Assembly: GCA_041497195.1 (NCBI GenBank)
Contig: JBGQGB010000004.1
Coordinates: forward strand, 1,770-65,769
Length of the DNA: 64,000 nt
Direction of reading: 5' to 3'
Source: Candidatus Doudnabacteria bacterium
Lineage (GTDB): Bacteria; Patescibacteriota; Doudnabacteria; UBA920; 2-01-FULL-46-14
The translations under genes were made by a program, and so were the position numbers. This document shows positions 1 through 8,945 of the stretch, in pieces. Numbering within the stretch: position 1 is the stretch's first letter; the number at the start of each line of letters is the position of its first letter. The notes under the pieces were generated by a model. That model saw only the letters and a program-made list of their open reading frames with translations, was not told the origin of the DNA and made no database searches.

Positions 1-2
1 GC

Positions 3-1412
3 ACCCCTGGCGACAAACTACGGTTCAATACCGCGACTACCACGCTTTTCTCCATGGCAGAGTCAGGCCAGTTCATTTGTAAAGCCCTTTGTTCGTCAAG
101 CGGTGCTCCCGACTATGCCGAAATGGTTTTGGGTGGTCCGGGGGTAGAAGCAGCAGACGTGGTAGCGCTTGACCCGAGTGTAAAAGAGGGAGTAGTGAAA
201 AGTACTCAGCCCTACCAAAGCGATTTGGTTGGAATAATGTCCACTAGCCCAGGTTTTACGATTCAATCATTCAACACAGGCAGCATAGATGACCCAACCA
301 TCGGCAAACCGCTAGCTTTGGCAGGGCGCGTGCCAGTGAAAGTGACGACTGAAAATGGCCCCATCCACATAGGAGACATGCTGACTTCGTCCTCAATACC
401 GGGTATGGCGATGAAAGCGACCAAAGCAGGTCCCATAGTCGGCGAAGCTATGGAGGACTTTGCAGGGCCGGACAATGGCCGGGTGTTGGCCTTGGTGTTC
501 CATGCACATTATACCGGGGTGAAACTGACAGACCTGGTTTCGCCGCAAGACTTGCTAGCCGCCGGCTCCAGCGGCGTGGCTTTTGACAAACTGGTATTGA
601 ATCAGCTGGTGGCAAACCAGCAAAATTCAGGGACCGCGAGCACGACATTCACGAATTTGTCAGAGATCTTTGCTGATCGTATCGGAGCGGCCTTGGAAAT
701 CGTTTCCCCGCACGTGGTGACGAAGGGCTTGGTAGTCGACACGATCAGCAGCGTGGATGCAGCGATTTCTTTCATGAACGACACGATATTCTTCGGCCGG
801 CCATACTTTAATTCTGACACCGGGGGGTTCGTGGCGATTGGCCAAGGGCAAAAACAGGCCGACGTGACGTTCGACCAAGAATACCTGGATACACCTGTGG
901 TAAATGCCAGTATTTCTTTGGACAAATCAGCCAATGCCAATCAGGACGCGCAGAATGCCCAAACTTTATTTGACTACGGTCTGCAATTTGTAATTACGCA
1001 AAAGAGCACCACCGGGTTTACGATTCTTCTTAATAAACCGGCGCCGATTGATTTGAATTTCAGCTGGATTGCTCTCGCGGTCAAAAATGCGAAAGTTTTC
1101 TCCAGCAAAGACATTCCGCAGCCGCTCTCACAGCCTAGTGTCGCGGGCACTACTACTTCTGCCCCGTCAGGAGGTGGAAGTGCTACCACTCCGCCGAGTC
1201 CTCCTACTAGTCCTGCGCCAAGCAGCCCCCCGACCGCGACTTCTACTCCCACTTCAGCAGCAGTTCCTCCTGCCACGAGCAGCAGCCCCCCCACCAGCTC
1301 CAGCGCCCCCACAACCTCGCCTCCAGTCATACCTCCGGCGAGCATAGACACTGGGGCTTCGGCGCCAACTGTACCTGTAAGTGCGGCGACTTCCACTCCG
1401 ATCAGTCCATAG
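3..1412 (+). CDS. C-terminal part of a large secreted/surface protein (5' end lies before the window); beta-rich domain, then Pro/Ser/Thr-rich tail
   Basis: Frame is open from the window start; motif ALAGRVPVKV..ENGPI..GD.LTSS..PG.AMKA resembles peptidase-G2/IMC-like C-terminal domains of giant surface proteins; low-complexity PST tail. Confidence 0.7.
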   Translation, partial: TPGDKLRFNTATTTLFSMAESGQFICKALCSSSGAPDYAEMVLGGPGVEAADVVALDPSVKEGVVKSTQPYQSDLVGIMSTSPGFTIQSFNTGSIDDPTIGKPLALAGRVPVKVTTENGPIHIGDMLTSSSIPGMAMKATKAGPIVGEAMEDFAGPDNGRVLALVFHAHYTGVKLTDLVSPQDLLAAGSSGVAFDKLVLNQLVANQQNSGTASTTFTNLSEIFADRIGAALEIVSPHVVTKGLVVDTISSVDAAISFMNDTIFFGRPYFNSDTGGFVAIGQGQKQADVTFDQEYLDTPVVNASISLDKSANANQDAQNAQTLFDYGLQFVITQKSTTGFTILLNKPAPIDLNFSWIALAVKNAKVFSSKDIPQPLSQPSVAGTTTSAPSGGGSATTPPSPPTSPAPSSPPTATSTPTSAAVPPATSSSPPTSSSAPTTSPPVIPPASIDTGASAPTVPVSAATSTPISP

Positions 1413-1480
1413 CCATATTGTAAGTGGGAAGAAAATTTTGCTATAATTAAATAGATTTACTTGCGGTCGGACAAACGGAT

Positions 1481-2479
1481 ATGACATTGTTTTCTGCTTC
1501 AAAAAAAGTTCTTTTACTAGCGTTGCCATTCGCCTTTGGAATCGGAGTGGGGATATGGGGATACTCCAATGTTTTGAGCAAATCCTCAAACAGTTATTTT
1601 CAGGAGATCCGCGGCGGCGGCCAGCGTTTCACCAATCCGTTATTGGATTGTCAAGCGGGTAAAGATTATTTAAATTCGCTCGAACCTTTTAAAAATCACC
1701 TGACCCGGTTTTTGCAAGATGTCACAGTAAAAAACCATCTTAGCACAATGGCGACTTATTTCCGTGATTTGAACGATGGCCCGTGGTTTGGCATAAATGC
1801 ATCGGCGCTATTTAGTCCAGCCAGTCTGTTGAAAGTGCCGGTGATGATGGCGCTTTTCAAGCAAGCCGAGACTGATCCCGGACTTCTACAAAAAAAGGTC
1901 CGCTATACCGGGGACAGCACCAAATATTCTTATACCTACCCGCCCGCAAAAAATCTGGTTGTTGGCCAGGAATATACTGTTGATGAGTTGATTAGTCAGA
2001 TGATTATTTATTCTGATAATGCTGCCAAAGACTTTTTATTCCAGTACGTCAGCGATGAGCAGATTAAAGGAGTTTACGCGCAGGTCGGAGTGGAGGTCCC
2101 AAATGACCTGACCGGAACAGATCTGGACGTTACGTCGTATGCTTCGTTTTTCCGGATTCTCTACAATGCTTCTTATTTGGGAGTGGATATGTCGGAAAAA
2201 GCTTTGAATTTGTTACATCAGTCAACTTTTCACGACGGCCTTGTGGCCGGGGTGCCAGCGAATATTGTGGTGGCACATAAATTTGGGGAACGGGTGGCCG
2301 AGACCCCAGGCTTGCAGATAGGAGAAAAGCAACTGCATGATTGCGGCGTAGTCTATTATCCAAAAAATCCTTACCTGCTTTGCATGATGACTCGCGGCAG
2401 TGACTTCTCGAATCTCAGTGCAGCCATTCAGCAAGTTTCCCAAGCAGTGTATCAAGAAGTGGATAAGCAGAATCAATAA
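1481..2479 (+). CDS. Class A beta-lactamase-like serine hydrolase, membrane-anchored
   Basis: N-terminal TM helix; SxxK (ASLLK), SDN and HKFG (KTG-equivalent) motifs; HDCG.V. Confidence 0.85.
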   Translation: MTLFSASKKVLLLALPFAFGIGVGIWGYSNVLSKSSNSYFQEIRGGGQRFTNPLLDCQAGKDYLNSLEPFKNHLTRFLQDVTVKNHLSTMATYFRDLNDGPWFGINASALFSPASLLKVPVMMALFKQAETDPGLLQKKVRYTGDSTKYSYTYPPAKNLVVGQEYTVDELISQMIIYSDNAAKDFLFQYVSDEQIKGVYAQVGVEVPNDLTGTDLDVTSYASFFRILYNASYLGVDMSEKALNLLHQSTFHDGLVAGVPANIVVAHKFGERVAETPGLQIGEKQLHDCGVVYYPKNPYLLCMMTRGSDFSNLSAAIQQVSQAVYQEVDKQNQ

Positions 2480-2504
2480 GATTTTTAAAATATTTCAAAT
2501 TTCT

Positions 2505-2987
2505 ATGGATGAAACAAAACCGGAGACAAAAATTGAGGAAAAGCCCGTTGCTACTAGTGCGGGCAAGAACAAAATGTTCATTGGGCTAGTTGTTCTCTTG
2601 GTCGCCGTTACATTGGCGGCTGCGGGATTCGCGTTTTATTACTATCAGAAGTTCAATACTCTGAAGGCTGACCCCCAGAGTCTGGCGGATCAGGAAACCC
2701 AGGCCCTGATCAATCGAGTCTCGCAAATCATTGTGTTGCCGACGAACGAACAGCCGACCATTGCCACAGTCGCCGACCCCTCGCAGCTCCAGGATCAGCC
2801 GTTTTTTGCCAAAGCCAAGCAGGGTGATAAAGTTCTGATTTATACCAATGCCCGCAAGGCTATCCTTTATGATCCAGTCCTAAACAAGATTGTGGAAGTG
2901 GCCCCTTTGAGCATCGGCAATAGTTTTGCCGGCGGGACCAGCCCCACCCCACCCGCACCCGCGCCAACCCCTGCAAAAAAGAAGTAA
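2505..2987 (+). CDS. Hypothetical single-pass membrane protein
   Basis: ATG at 2505 just after the upstream stop; TM helix; LP..EqPTiATV.D...L..QPFF..A..GDKvLIY segment. Confidence 0.75.
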   Translation: MDETKPETKIEEKPVATSAGKNKMFIGLVVLLVAVTLAAAGFAFYYYQKFNTLKADPQSLADQETQALINRVSQIIVLPTNEQPTIATVADPSQLQDQPFFAKAKQGDKVLIYTNARKAILYDPVLNKIVEVAPLSIGNSFAGGTSPTPPAPAPTPAKKK

Positions 2988-3109
2988 AGAGTACTTTGGA
3001 TAAAAAGCCTGCTGGTCGGGCGTTGGGGCAACAATCATTTCGTAGATTTTTGAGCGCTCGAATTATCGTATTTTCCCCTAAAGCCCAAATATTGGATCAG
3101 CCTAATCAT

Positions 3110-4498
3110 ATGCAAATTTTCCTCAAATCCAGAGTCAAAAAAACTTTAATCCCGGTGTTGGTGATTATTTTGGTGGTGGCTATAGTTTATGGTCTGAGCC
3201 GGACTCCCCAGGCCCAGGCTCAAGTCACTATTTCTTCTTCCGGCACAGTCACGAACGCCACGGGCCGGGGAGACCAAAACCATCTGATTTATGCGGTGAA
3301 TGACGCGGCGTGGTGGATGTTTTATATAGATAGCACGGACAACACTTTGATGCGTACCCAGCGCTCCACAGGCCTGTCGACCTGGGTCGCGGGTGCCACC
3401 TTGACACTGCTGAAGAAACACAATAGCGATGGGGCCAACTTTGCCGTGGCCTATGCCAATATCTCCAGTAACGACGTGGTGCACGTGGCGATTTTTTACT
3501 GCTTGCTCGCCGGTGGCAATCCTTGCGATGCGGTCACCGCGAGTACTGACCGGGAAGAAAATCATGTCCGCGCCACTATTTCCGGGGGGACGCTGACTTG
3601 GGGTACGGAGAGTCATTTGGAAACCCTGGCTACTTCCGACACCTCCCATACCAGAGACGGGGTCTCAGTGGCGTACGATAGCAGCAACAAGATTTTCCAG
3701 AGTGGGGGCTGGTTCAACGATACCAGTCCATGTATTTTCGGCGATATGAAAGGAGCGGTCTCCACAAACGCTGACGCCGGCTCAAGCTGGACTGCCGGAT
3801 TCGGGGCTTCACAATGTATTAACGGCACAGGCAATACCCAAAGGCATTCAGTGATGGCCAGTTTAGGCTCGGGCAATATGGTCATAGTGACGACGAATGC
3901 AGGCAGCGGCACTTTCACTGATTTGGACTACGTCAAATACTCCGGGAATTGGGGTTCAGGGTCAGCCACTTCCATAAGAGGCAGTGTGTTTTCTCCGGCC
4001 CAAGACCAAAATGATTTTGGGGCGGTGCGGATCAGTAATACAAATGTCGAGCTGGTCATGAAGACGGGAACCAATACGTTTGAGCTATGGTCATATGACG
4101 GGAACACCACCTGGACTCACAAGACTGACCCTGCCACCCAGAACACTGTGGCGGCTTCGGGCATATTTCTGGCTACTGACAACACAGATTTTTGGCTGTT
4201 TATCATTGATTCTGACGCGGCCAATACCCTTCGCTATAATAAATACACTGTGGCCACCGACAGTTGGGGCGGCTGGACGGCTTTTGAAACTACCACTCAA
4301 ACGAGAAACTGGATCTCTGGTTATCAGCTGGTGTCCACCAACCAGATTGCCGTGATTTGGTCGCAGACCAATGGCTCGAATTTTGACATAGTCGTGGAAG
4401 CGCTCAGCTTGGGCGGGGCCGCAGCGCGCGCTGCCGGCACGGCGAGCGAGAAAGTCAGAGGCGGGACAAAAGTCAGAGGCGGGGTGAAATTCCGTTGA
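3110..4498 (+). CDS. Secreted beta-propeller/BNR-like protein with C-terminal KVRGG repeat
   Basis: Signal peptide ending AQA-Q; Trp/Thr/Ser/Gly-rich beta repeats (S.NADAGSSW); ATG at 3110 preferred to the TTG at 2996. Confidence 0.7.
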   Translation: MQIFLKSRVKKTLIPVLVIILVVAIVYGLSRTPQAQAQVTISSSGTVTNATGRGDQNHLIYAVNDAAWWMFYIDSTDNTLMRTQRSTGLSTWVAGATLTLLKKHNSDGANFAVAYANISSNDVVHVAIFYCLLAGGNPCDAVTASTDREENHVRATISGGTLTWGTESHLETLATSDTSHTRDGVSVAYDSSNKIFQSGGWFNDTSPCIFGDMKGAVSTNADAGSSWTAGFGASQCINGTGNTQRHSVMASLGSGNMVIVTTNAGSGTFTDLDYVKYSGNWGSGSATSIRGSVFSPAQDQNDFGAVRISNTNVELVMKTGTNTFELWSYDGNTTWTHKTDPATQNTVAASGIFLATDNTDFWLFIIDSDAANTLRYNKYTVATDSWGGWTAFETTTQTRNWISGYQLVSTNQIAVIWSQTNGSNFDIVVEALSLGGAAARAAGTASEKVRGGTKVRGGVKFR

Positions 4499-4610
4499 GA
4501 GGCGAGTGAGCTCTGGGGTGAGGAACCATTCGCAGGGGAAAACGGTAGCAAATTAATATTGAAAAACGCGTGTGCCAATTTTTTTATCAAATCGCGCGAT
4601 TTTTTTTCAT

Positions 4611-4639
4611 TTGACTTATTCGTCATTTTTTGCTATAAT
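4611..4639 (+). promoter_or_regulatory. Sigma70 promoter TTGACT-N17-TATAAT
   Basis: Near-consensus boxes with extended TG, 50 nt upstream of ATG 4689. Confidence 0.7.
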
Positions 4640-4688
4640 ATCAGTACAAGAATCAAATCTTGGTCTAGAAACAAAAATAAAAAAGAAT

Positions 4689-5135
4689 ATGTTTAAGAAT
4701 GAAAAGCGGATTTCTCGGCGTGTCCAGCCGACTGTCTGGGAATCTCTGAACGAGCCTGTGGCGGATGTTTCTGCCGGTTTTGCCGAGTTTATGGCCTGCG
4801 TGGCCTTGTTTCTTTTGTTGGTCGCCTGGGTGGCACCGCACTGGACTCTGGTGCAAAGCAAACTCCCAGAATTTACCTATTCTTCTTCGCCTTTAGTAAA
4901 TCCTTTTGGGGCGCAAGTGGCTGGGGCGCAGATCGTAAATCCGGCCGATGTTTCGGTTCCTATAGCATATGCAGTTGCGGTTTCTCTGCCTGGCGACGTA
5001 GCTACGGCTTTCAGCACTGCGGCGACTCAGGTTTTGGATATTTCCGTGCCGGTGACCCAGGTGGTGGATTTTTATTCCCCTGGGGTGCAGGCAGTGAATG
5101 ATGCCTGGCTGGATTTGATGAAAGATCCATATTAA
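4689..5135 (+). CDS. Hypothetical membrane protein
   Basis: ATG downstream of the promoter; one TM helix; QVAGAQ linker motif. Confidence 0.65.
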   Translation: MFKNEKRISRRVQPTVWESLNEPVADVSAGFAEFMACVALFLLLVAWVAPHWTLVQSKLPEFTYSSSPLVNPFGAQVAGAQIVNPADVSVPIAYAVAVSLPGDVATAFSTAATQVLDISVPVTQVVDFYSPGVQAVNDAWLDLMKDPY

Positions 5136-5200
5136 TTTGCAAAATCCCTTTCTTCCTCAAAAATCTGGAGAAATCCAGGTTTTTTTGTTAAACTAGCCTT

Positions 5201-8161
5201 ATGTTTCAAACAGTCGAACCACATCCTGATTTTTCCAAAATGGAAGAAGAAATTCTGAGGTTTTGGGAAGAACAGAAAATTTTTACAAAAACTTTGACCG
5301 CCACGGAAAAAGGCAAGCCCTTTACTTTTTATGACGGGCCGCCTTTTGCCACCGGCCTGCCCCACTATGGGCATATTCTCGCTTCGACCATCAAAGACCT
5401 GGTGCCGCGGTATCAGACCATGAACGGTCGGTTTGTGAGGCGGCGGTGGGGCTGGGATTGCCACGGTTTGCCGATTGAGGAGATTGTCGAGCGCAAGCTG
5501 AAGATTTCCGGGAAGAAACAAATCGAGGCGATTGGGATCAAAAAATTTAACGAAACATGCCGCAGCATGGTCCTGGAGTTTGTCGAAGAGTGGGGGAAGA
5601 TGGTGCGGCGCATGGGGCGGTGGGTGGATTTTGAGAACTCCTACAAGACCATGGACCGGGACTATATGGAATCAGTGTGGTGGGGGTTCAAGCAGATTTA
5701 CGAAAAGGACTTGGTCTACGAGGGGCGTAAAGTTTTGTTGTATTGCCCGCGCTGCGAAACGCCGGTGTCAAACTTTGAGGTGGCCATGGACAACAGCTAC
5801 CAGGACGTGACCGAAGAGGCGGTGACAGTGAAGTTCAAAGTAAAAGACCAAGAGAATACCTATCTGCTGGCTTGGACGACTACACCATGGACACTACCGG
5901 GGAACGTAGGACTGGCTGTGGGCAAAAATATTGTTTATGTAAAAATTGAAGTTTTCGATTTTTCTCCCAAAAAAGCTGAGTTTAAAGGAACCGTGCTTGA
6001 GGGAACAGAACCGACAATTGTTAAAATGTTGAAAAATTATTTTATTCTCGCCAAAGAGCGACTTTCAGTGGTTGAGAATAAATATAAAATTATTAAAGAA
6101 ATAAATAGTAAAGATTTAGTTGGTTGGGAATATGAGCCGCTCTTTGTTGTGCCGGAAATGAAGTCAGAAAAGTCATACAAAGTTTATGCTGCGGATTTTG
6201 TGAACACTGAAGAGGGGACAGGCATCGTTCATACGGCTGTGGTTTATGGTGAGGACGATTACAATTTAGGCCTCAAAGAAGGCTTGCCAGTGGTGCCTCT
6301 TCTGGATGAAAAAGGGGTTTTCAATGACCAAGCGCCTGAGCTCGTACGGGGCAAATATTTCAAGGACTCGGAACAGGCAATCAGAGACGATTTGGCGAAA
6401 CGGGGCCTCCTTTTCAAAACGGAAATGCACCAGCACTCGTATCCGCATTGCTGGCGCTGCGGCACAATGCTGTATTACAACGCGATTCCAGCCTGGTTTA
6501 TCAATATTCAAAAGATTAAGAAGAAACTTCTGGCCTCGAATAAAAAAGAAATCAATTGGTTTCCCGAGCACTTGAAGTTTGGCCGCTACGCCAAGAGCGT
6601 CGAAGCGGCTCCCGACTGGAACATCTCCCGCAATCGTTATTGGGGCAATCCGATCCCAGTGTGGAAATGCGACAAATGCGGGCAAGTCACAGTCATCGGT
6701 AGCATCAAAGAGTTGAAAGCCGCCGCCATCTCGGGATTTAGTGATGATTTGGATTTGCACCGGCCGTATATTGATGAAGTCGTGGTAAAATGCGCGCACT
6801 GCGGCAATCCGGCGCACCGCACCCCCGAGATTTTTGATTCCTGGGTGGAGGCGGCCTCGATGCCGTTTGCCGAGTATCATTATCCTTTTGAAAACAAGGC
6901 GGTTTTTGAGTCCCGGTTTCCCGCGCAGTTCGTGGCCGAATACATCGCTCAGACTAGAGCGTGGTTTTACGTGATGCACGTGGTCTCCGAGGTTTTGTTT
7001 GAAAGAGCGCCTTTTGAGAACGTAGTCACCACAGGCACAATTCTCGCTGAAGACGGGTCCAAGATGAGCAAGTCCAAAAACAATTATCCGGATCCGTGGC
7101 TGGTCATAGAAAAATACGGAGTAGACAGTTTGCGCTTTTATTTGATGAGTTCGGCGGTGATGCAGGCGGACAATCTCAATTTCAATGAAGGGGACCTAGC
7201 CAGCGTCAATCGGAAAGTTTTTCGTATCCTTTGGAATGTCTACAATTATTTCGTGACTTATGCCAACGAAGCGCAGTGGCAGTTCGATCCGAAATTTTCT
7301 CCCGCAGAAAGCAAAAAATCAAAAAATTTGCTCGATCAGTGGATCAACATCAGGCTGCAGGAGCTCATAAATAATGCTTCAGACTATTATGACCGGTATG
7401 ATATGGTCCGGGTTACGCGCGAACTGGAAAAATTCATCGACGACGACCTGTCCACATGGTATCTGCGGCGCAGCCGGGGGAGACAGGACAACGCTTTTTT
7501 TGCGACCTTTTATCGCGCGCTCATCTATGTGAGTAAACTTTTGGCACCAGTGGCGCCTTATACCGCCGAACATATTTATCAAAATCTCCACCACCCGGAC
7601 TATCCTGAATCAGTCCATTTGGACAAGTGGCCGGAAGCAAAAAAGCTGACCGTCCACCAGGACGAGGTCCTAAAAAATATGTCCCTCGCCCGAGCGGAAC
7701 TCGAAAAGGTCCATGCCGAACGCGCGAAGGCAGGCATACCGCTGCGCCAGCCGCTTTCAATCCTTGGCACCATGGTCAGAGTTATTGTCGAGGATCCGGA
7801 TTTGAAGGCAATCGTCCAGGAGGAAGCCAACGTGCGCGAAGTAAGGTTCGATACAGCTTTTAATTTGAATACAGAGATTTCCGATGAGCTAAAAATTGCC
7901 GGCCTCACCCGCGTACTGGAGCGGCAAATCAATCAACTTCGTAAAGAAGCAGGCCTCAAGATTGGCCAAAGGGTTGATTTAGCATACCGTACGGATTCTG
8001 CTAAAATAAAAGAAGCTTTGACCCAGATTGACCGCAAGAAGACTTATATTGAAAATCTCACAGCAGAGGGTTTCCCCGGAGAGGCTGATTTCGAGAAAGA
8101 GGTTGTGATTGAAGGAGACAAGGTTGGTTTTCAAATCAAAGTGAGAAACCAAAAATTTTAG
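5201..8161 (+). CDS. ileS: Isoleucine--tRNA ligase (type 2 / eukaryote-like)
   Basis: DGPPFATGLPHYGH (HIGH), GWDCHGLP, WTTTPWTLP, KMSKS; no C-terminal Zn finger. Confidence 0.97.
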   Translation: MFQTVEPHPDFSKMEEEILRFWEEQKIFTKTLTATEKGKPFTFYDGPPFATGLPHYGHILASTIKDLVPRYQTMNGRFVRRRWGWDCHGLPIEEIVERKLKISGKKQIEAIGIKKFNETCRSMVLEFVEEWGKMVRRMGRWVDFENSYKTMDRDYMESVWWGFKQIYEKDLVYEGRKVLLYCPRCETPVSNFEVAMDNSYQDVTEEAVTVKFKVKDQENTYLLAWTTTPWTLPGNVGLAVGKNIVYVKIEVFDFSPKKAEFKGTVLEGTEPTIVKMLKNYFILAKERLSVVENKYKIIKEINSKDLVGWEYEPLFVVPEMKSEKSYKVYAADFVNTEEGTGIVHTAVVYGEDDYNLGLKEGLPVVPLLDEKGVFNDQAPELVRGKYFKDSEQAIRDDLAKRGLLFKTEMHQHSYPHCWRCGTMLYYNAIPAWFINIQKIKKKLLASNKKEINWFPEHLKFGRYAKSVEAAPDWNISRNRYWGNPIPVWKCDKCGQVTVIGSIKELKAAAISGFSDDLDLHRPYIDEVVVKCAHCGNPAHRTPEIFDSWVEAASMPFAEYHYPFENKAVFESRFPAQFVAEYIAQTRAWFYVMHVVSEVLFERAPFENVVTTGTILAEDGSKMSKSKNNYPDPWLVIEKYGVDSLRFYLMSSAVMQADNLNFNEGDLASVNRKVFRILWNVYNYFVTYANEAQWQFDPKFSPAESKKSKNLLDQWINIRLQELINNASDYYDRYDMVRVTRELEKFIDDDLSTWYLRRSRGRQDNAFFATFYRALIYVSKLLAPVAPYTAEHIYQNLHHPDYPESVHLDKWPEAKKLTVHQDEVLKNMSLARAELEKVHAERAKAGIPLRQPLSILGTMVRVIVEDPDLKAIVQEEANVREVRFDTAFNLNTEISDELKIAGLTRVLERQINQLRKEAGLKIGQRVDLAYRTDSAKIKEALTQIDRKKTYIENLTAEGFPGEADFEKEVVIEGDKVGFQIKVRNQKF

Positions 8162-8170
8162 CATCCTGCT

Positions 8171-8926
8171 ATGTATCAAAAATACACCGGAGTAATTTTG
8201 AAAAAATACCCGCTGGGCGAAGCGGATGATTTGTTGACCATTTACACGAGGGAAGCCGGCAAGCTGAGGGTAAAGGCAGTGGGCAGTCGCAAGATCCGCA
8301 GCCGCCTGGCCGGAATTTTGCAAAGCCTCAATGAAATCGATTTTGAAACGGCTGGGCGTCATTCTTCCCGGCGAAGCCCCGGCCGGGACGGTTTGCCAGT
8401 CTTGATTTCTGCGAGAGCCCGCGCCATTAACAGTTACTTGCGGGAAAATCTAAAAAAGTTCGCTTACGCGCTTGTCGGCATCGAGACCCTCTACCGCCTC
8501 GCTTCCGATTATCAGGAAAACGGCGAGGCGTATGCTGGCTTGGTCCAGTTTTTGCAAGATTTGGGAGAAGTACAGGAAGAAAAATTGTCAGTCCGGCGTT
8601 TTCAGCTGCATCTTTTGCAGATCTCCGGGTTCCGCTTGCCGGTGGAGCAGTGCCTGAATTGCGGCGTCCGGTTTCCCGACAGCGGCAGTGCTTATTTCGC
8701 TTCAGAGAAAGGCGGTTTCTTTTGTCCCAGCTGCAGCCACCGCGAGAAAATCGAAGTCCTGCTCAACGCCGAAAGTATCGGACAGCTACAGGATTTGGGA
8801 GCAGGCCGAATGGTGAAGGAACTAAATCCGGAAACAGAGCTGACCATCGAGGGATTTCTGAACTACGTTTTGGAGCGAGAGATAAAGTCTAACGGTTTTT
8901 TGAGAACTCTAAACCAAGAAGCCTAG
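8171..8926 (+). CDS. recO: DNA repair protein RecO
   Basis: N-terminal OB fold (GVILKK..LGEAD.LLTIYTRE.GKL); CxxC...CxxC Zn finger. Confidence 0.92.
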   Translation: MYQKYTGVILKKYPLGEADDLLTIYTREAGKLRVKAVGSRKIRSRLAGILQSLNEIDFETAGRHSSRRSPGRDGLPVLISARARAINSYLRENLKKFAYALVGIETLYRLASDYQENGEAYAGLVQFLQDLGEVQEEKLSVRRFQLHLLQISGFRLPVEQCLNCGVRFPDSGSAYFASEKGGFFCPSCSHREKIEVLLNAESIGQLQDLGAGRMVKELNPETELTIEGFLNYVLEREIKSNGFLRTLNQEA

Positions 8927-8945
8927 GTTTTTTTAAATTTTTTTT

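Noticed and set aside
5930-6140. AT-rich patch inside ileS, considered as an intein or intron
   Set aside because: In frame, short, lacks intein terminal residues; falls in the variable CP1 region.
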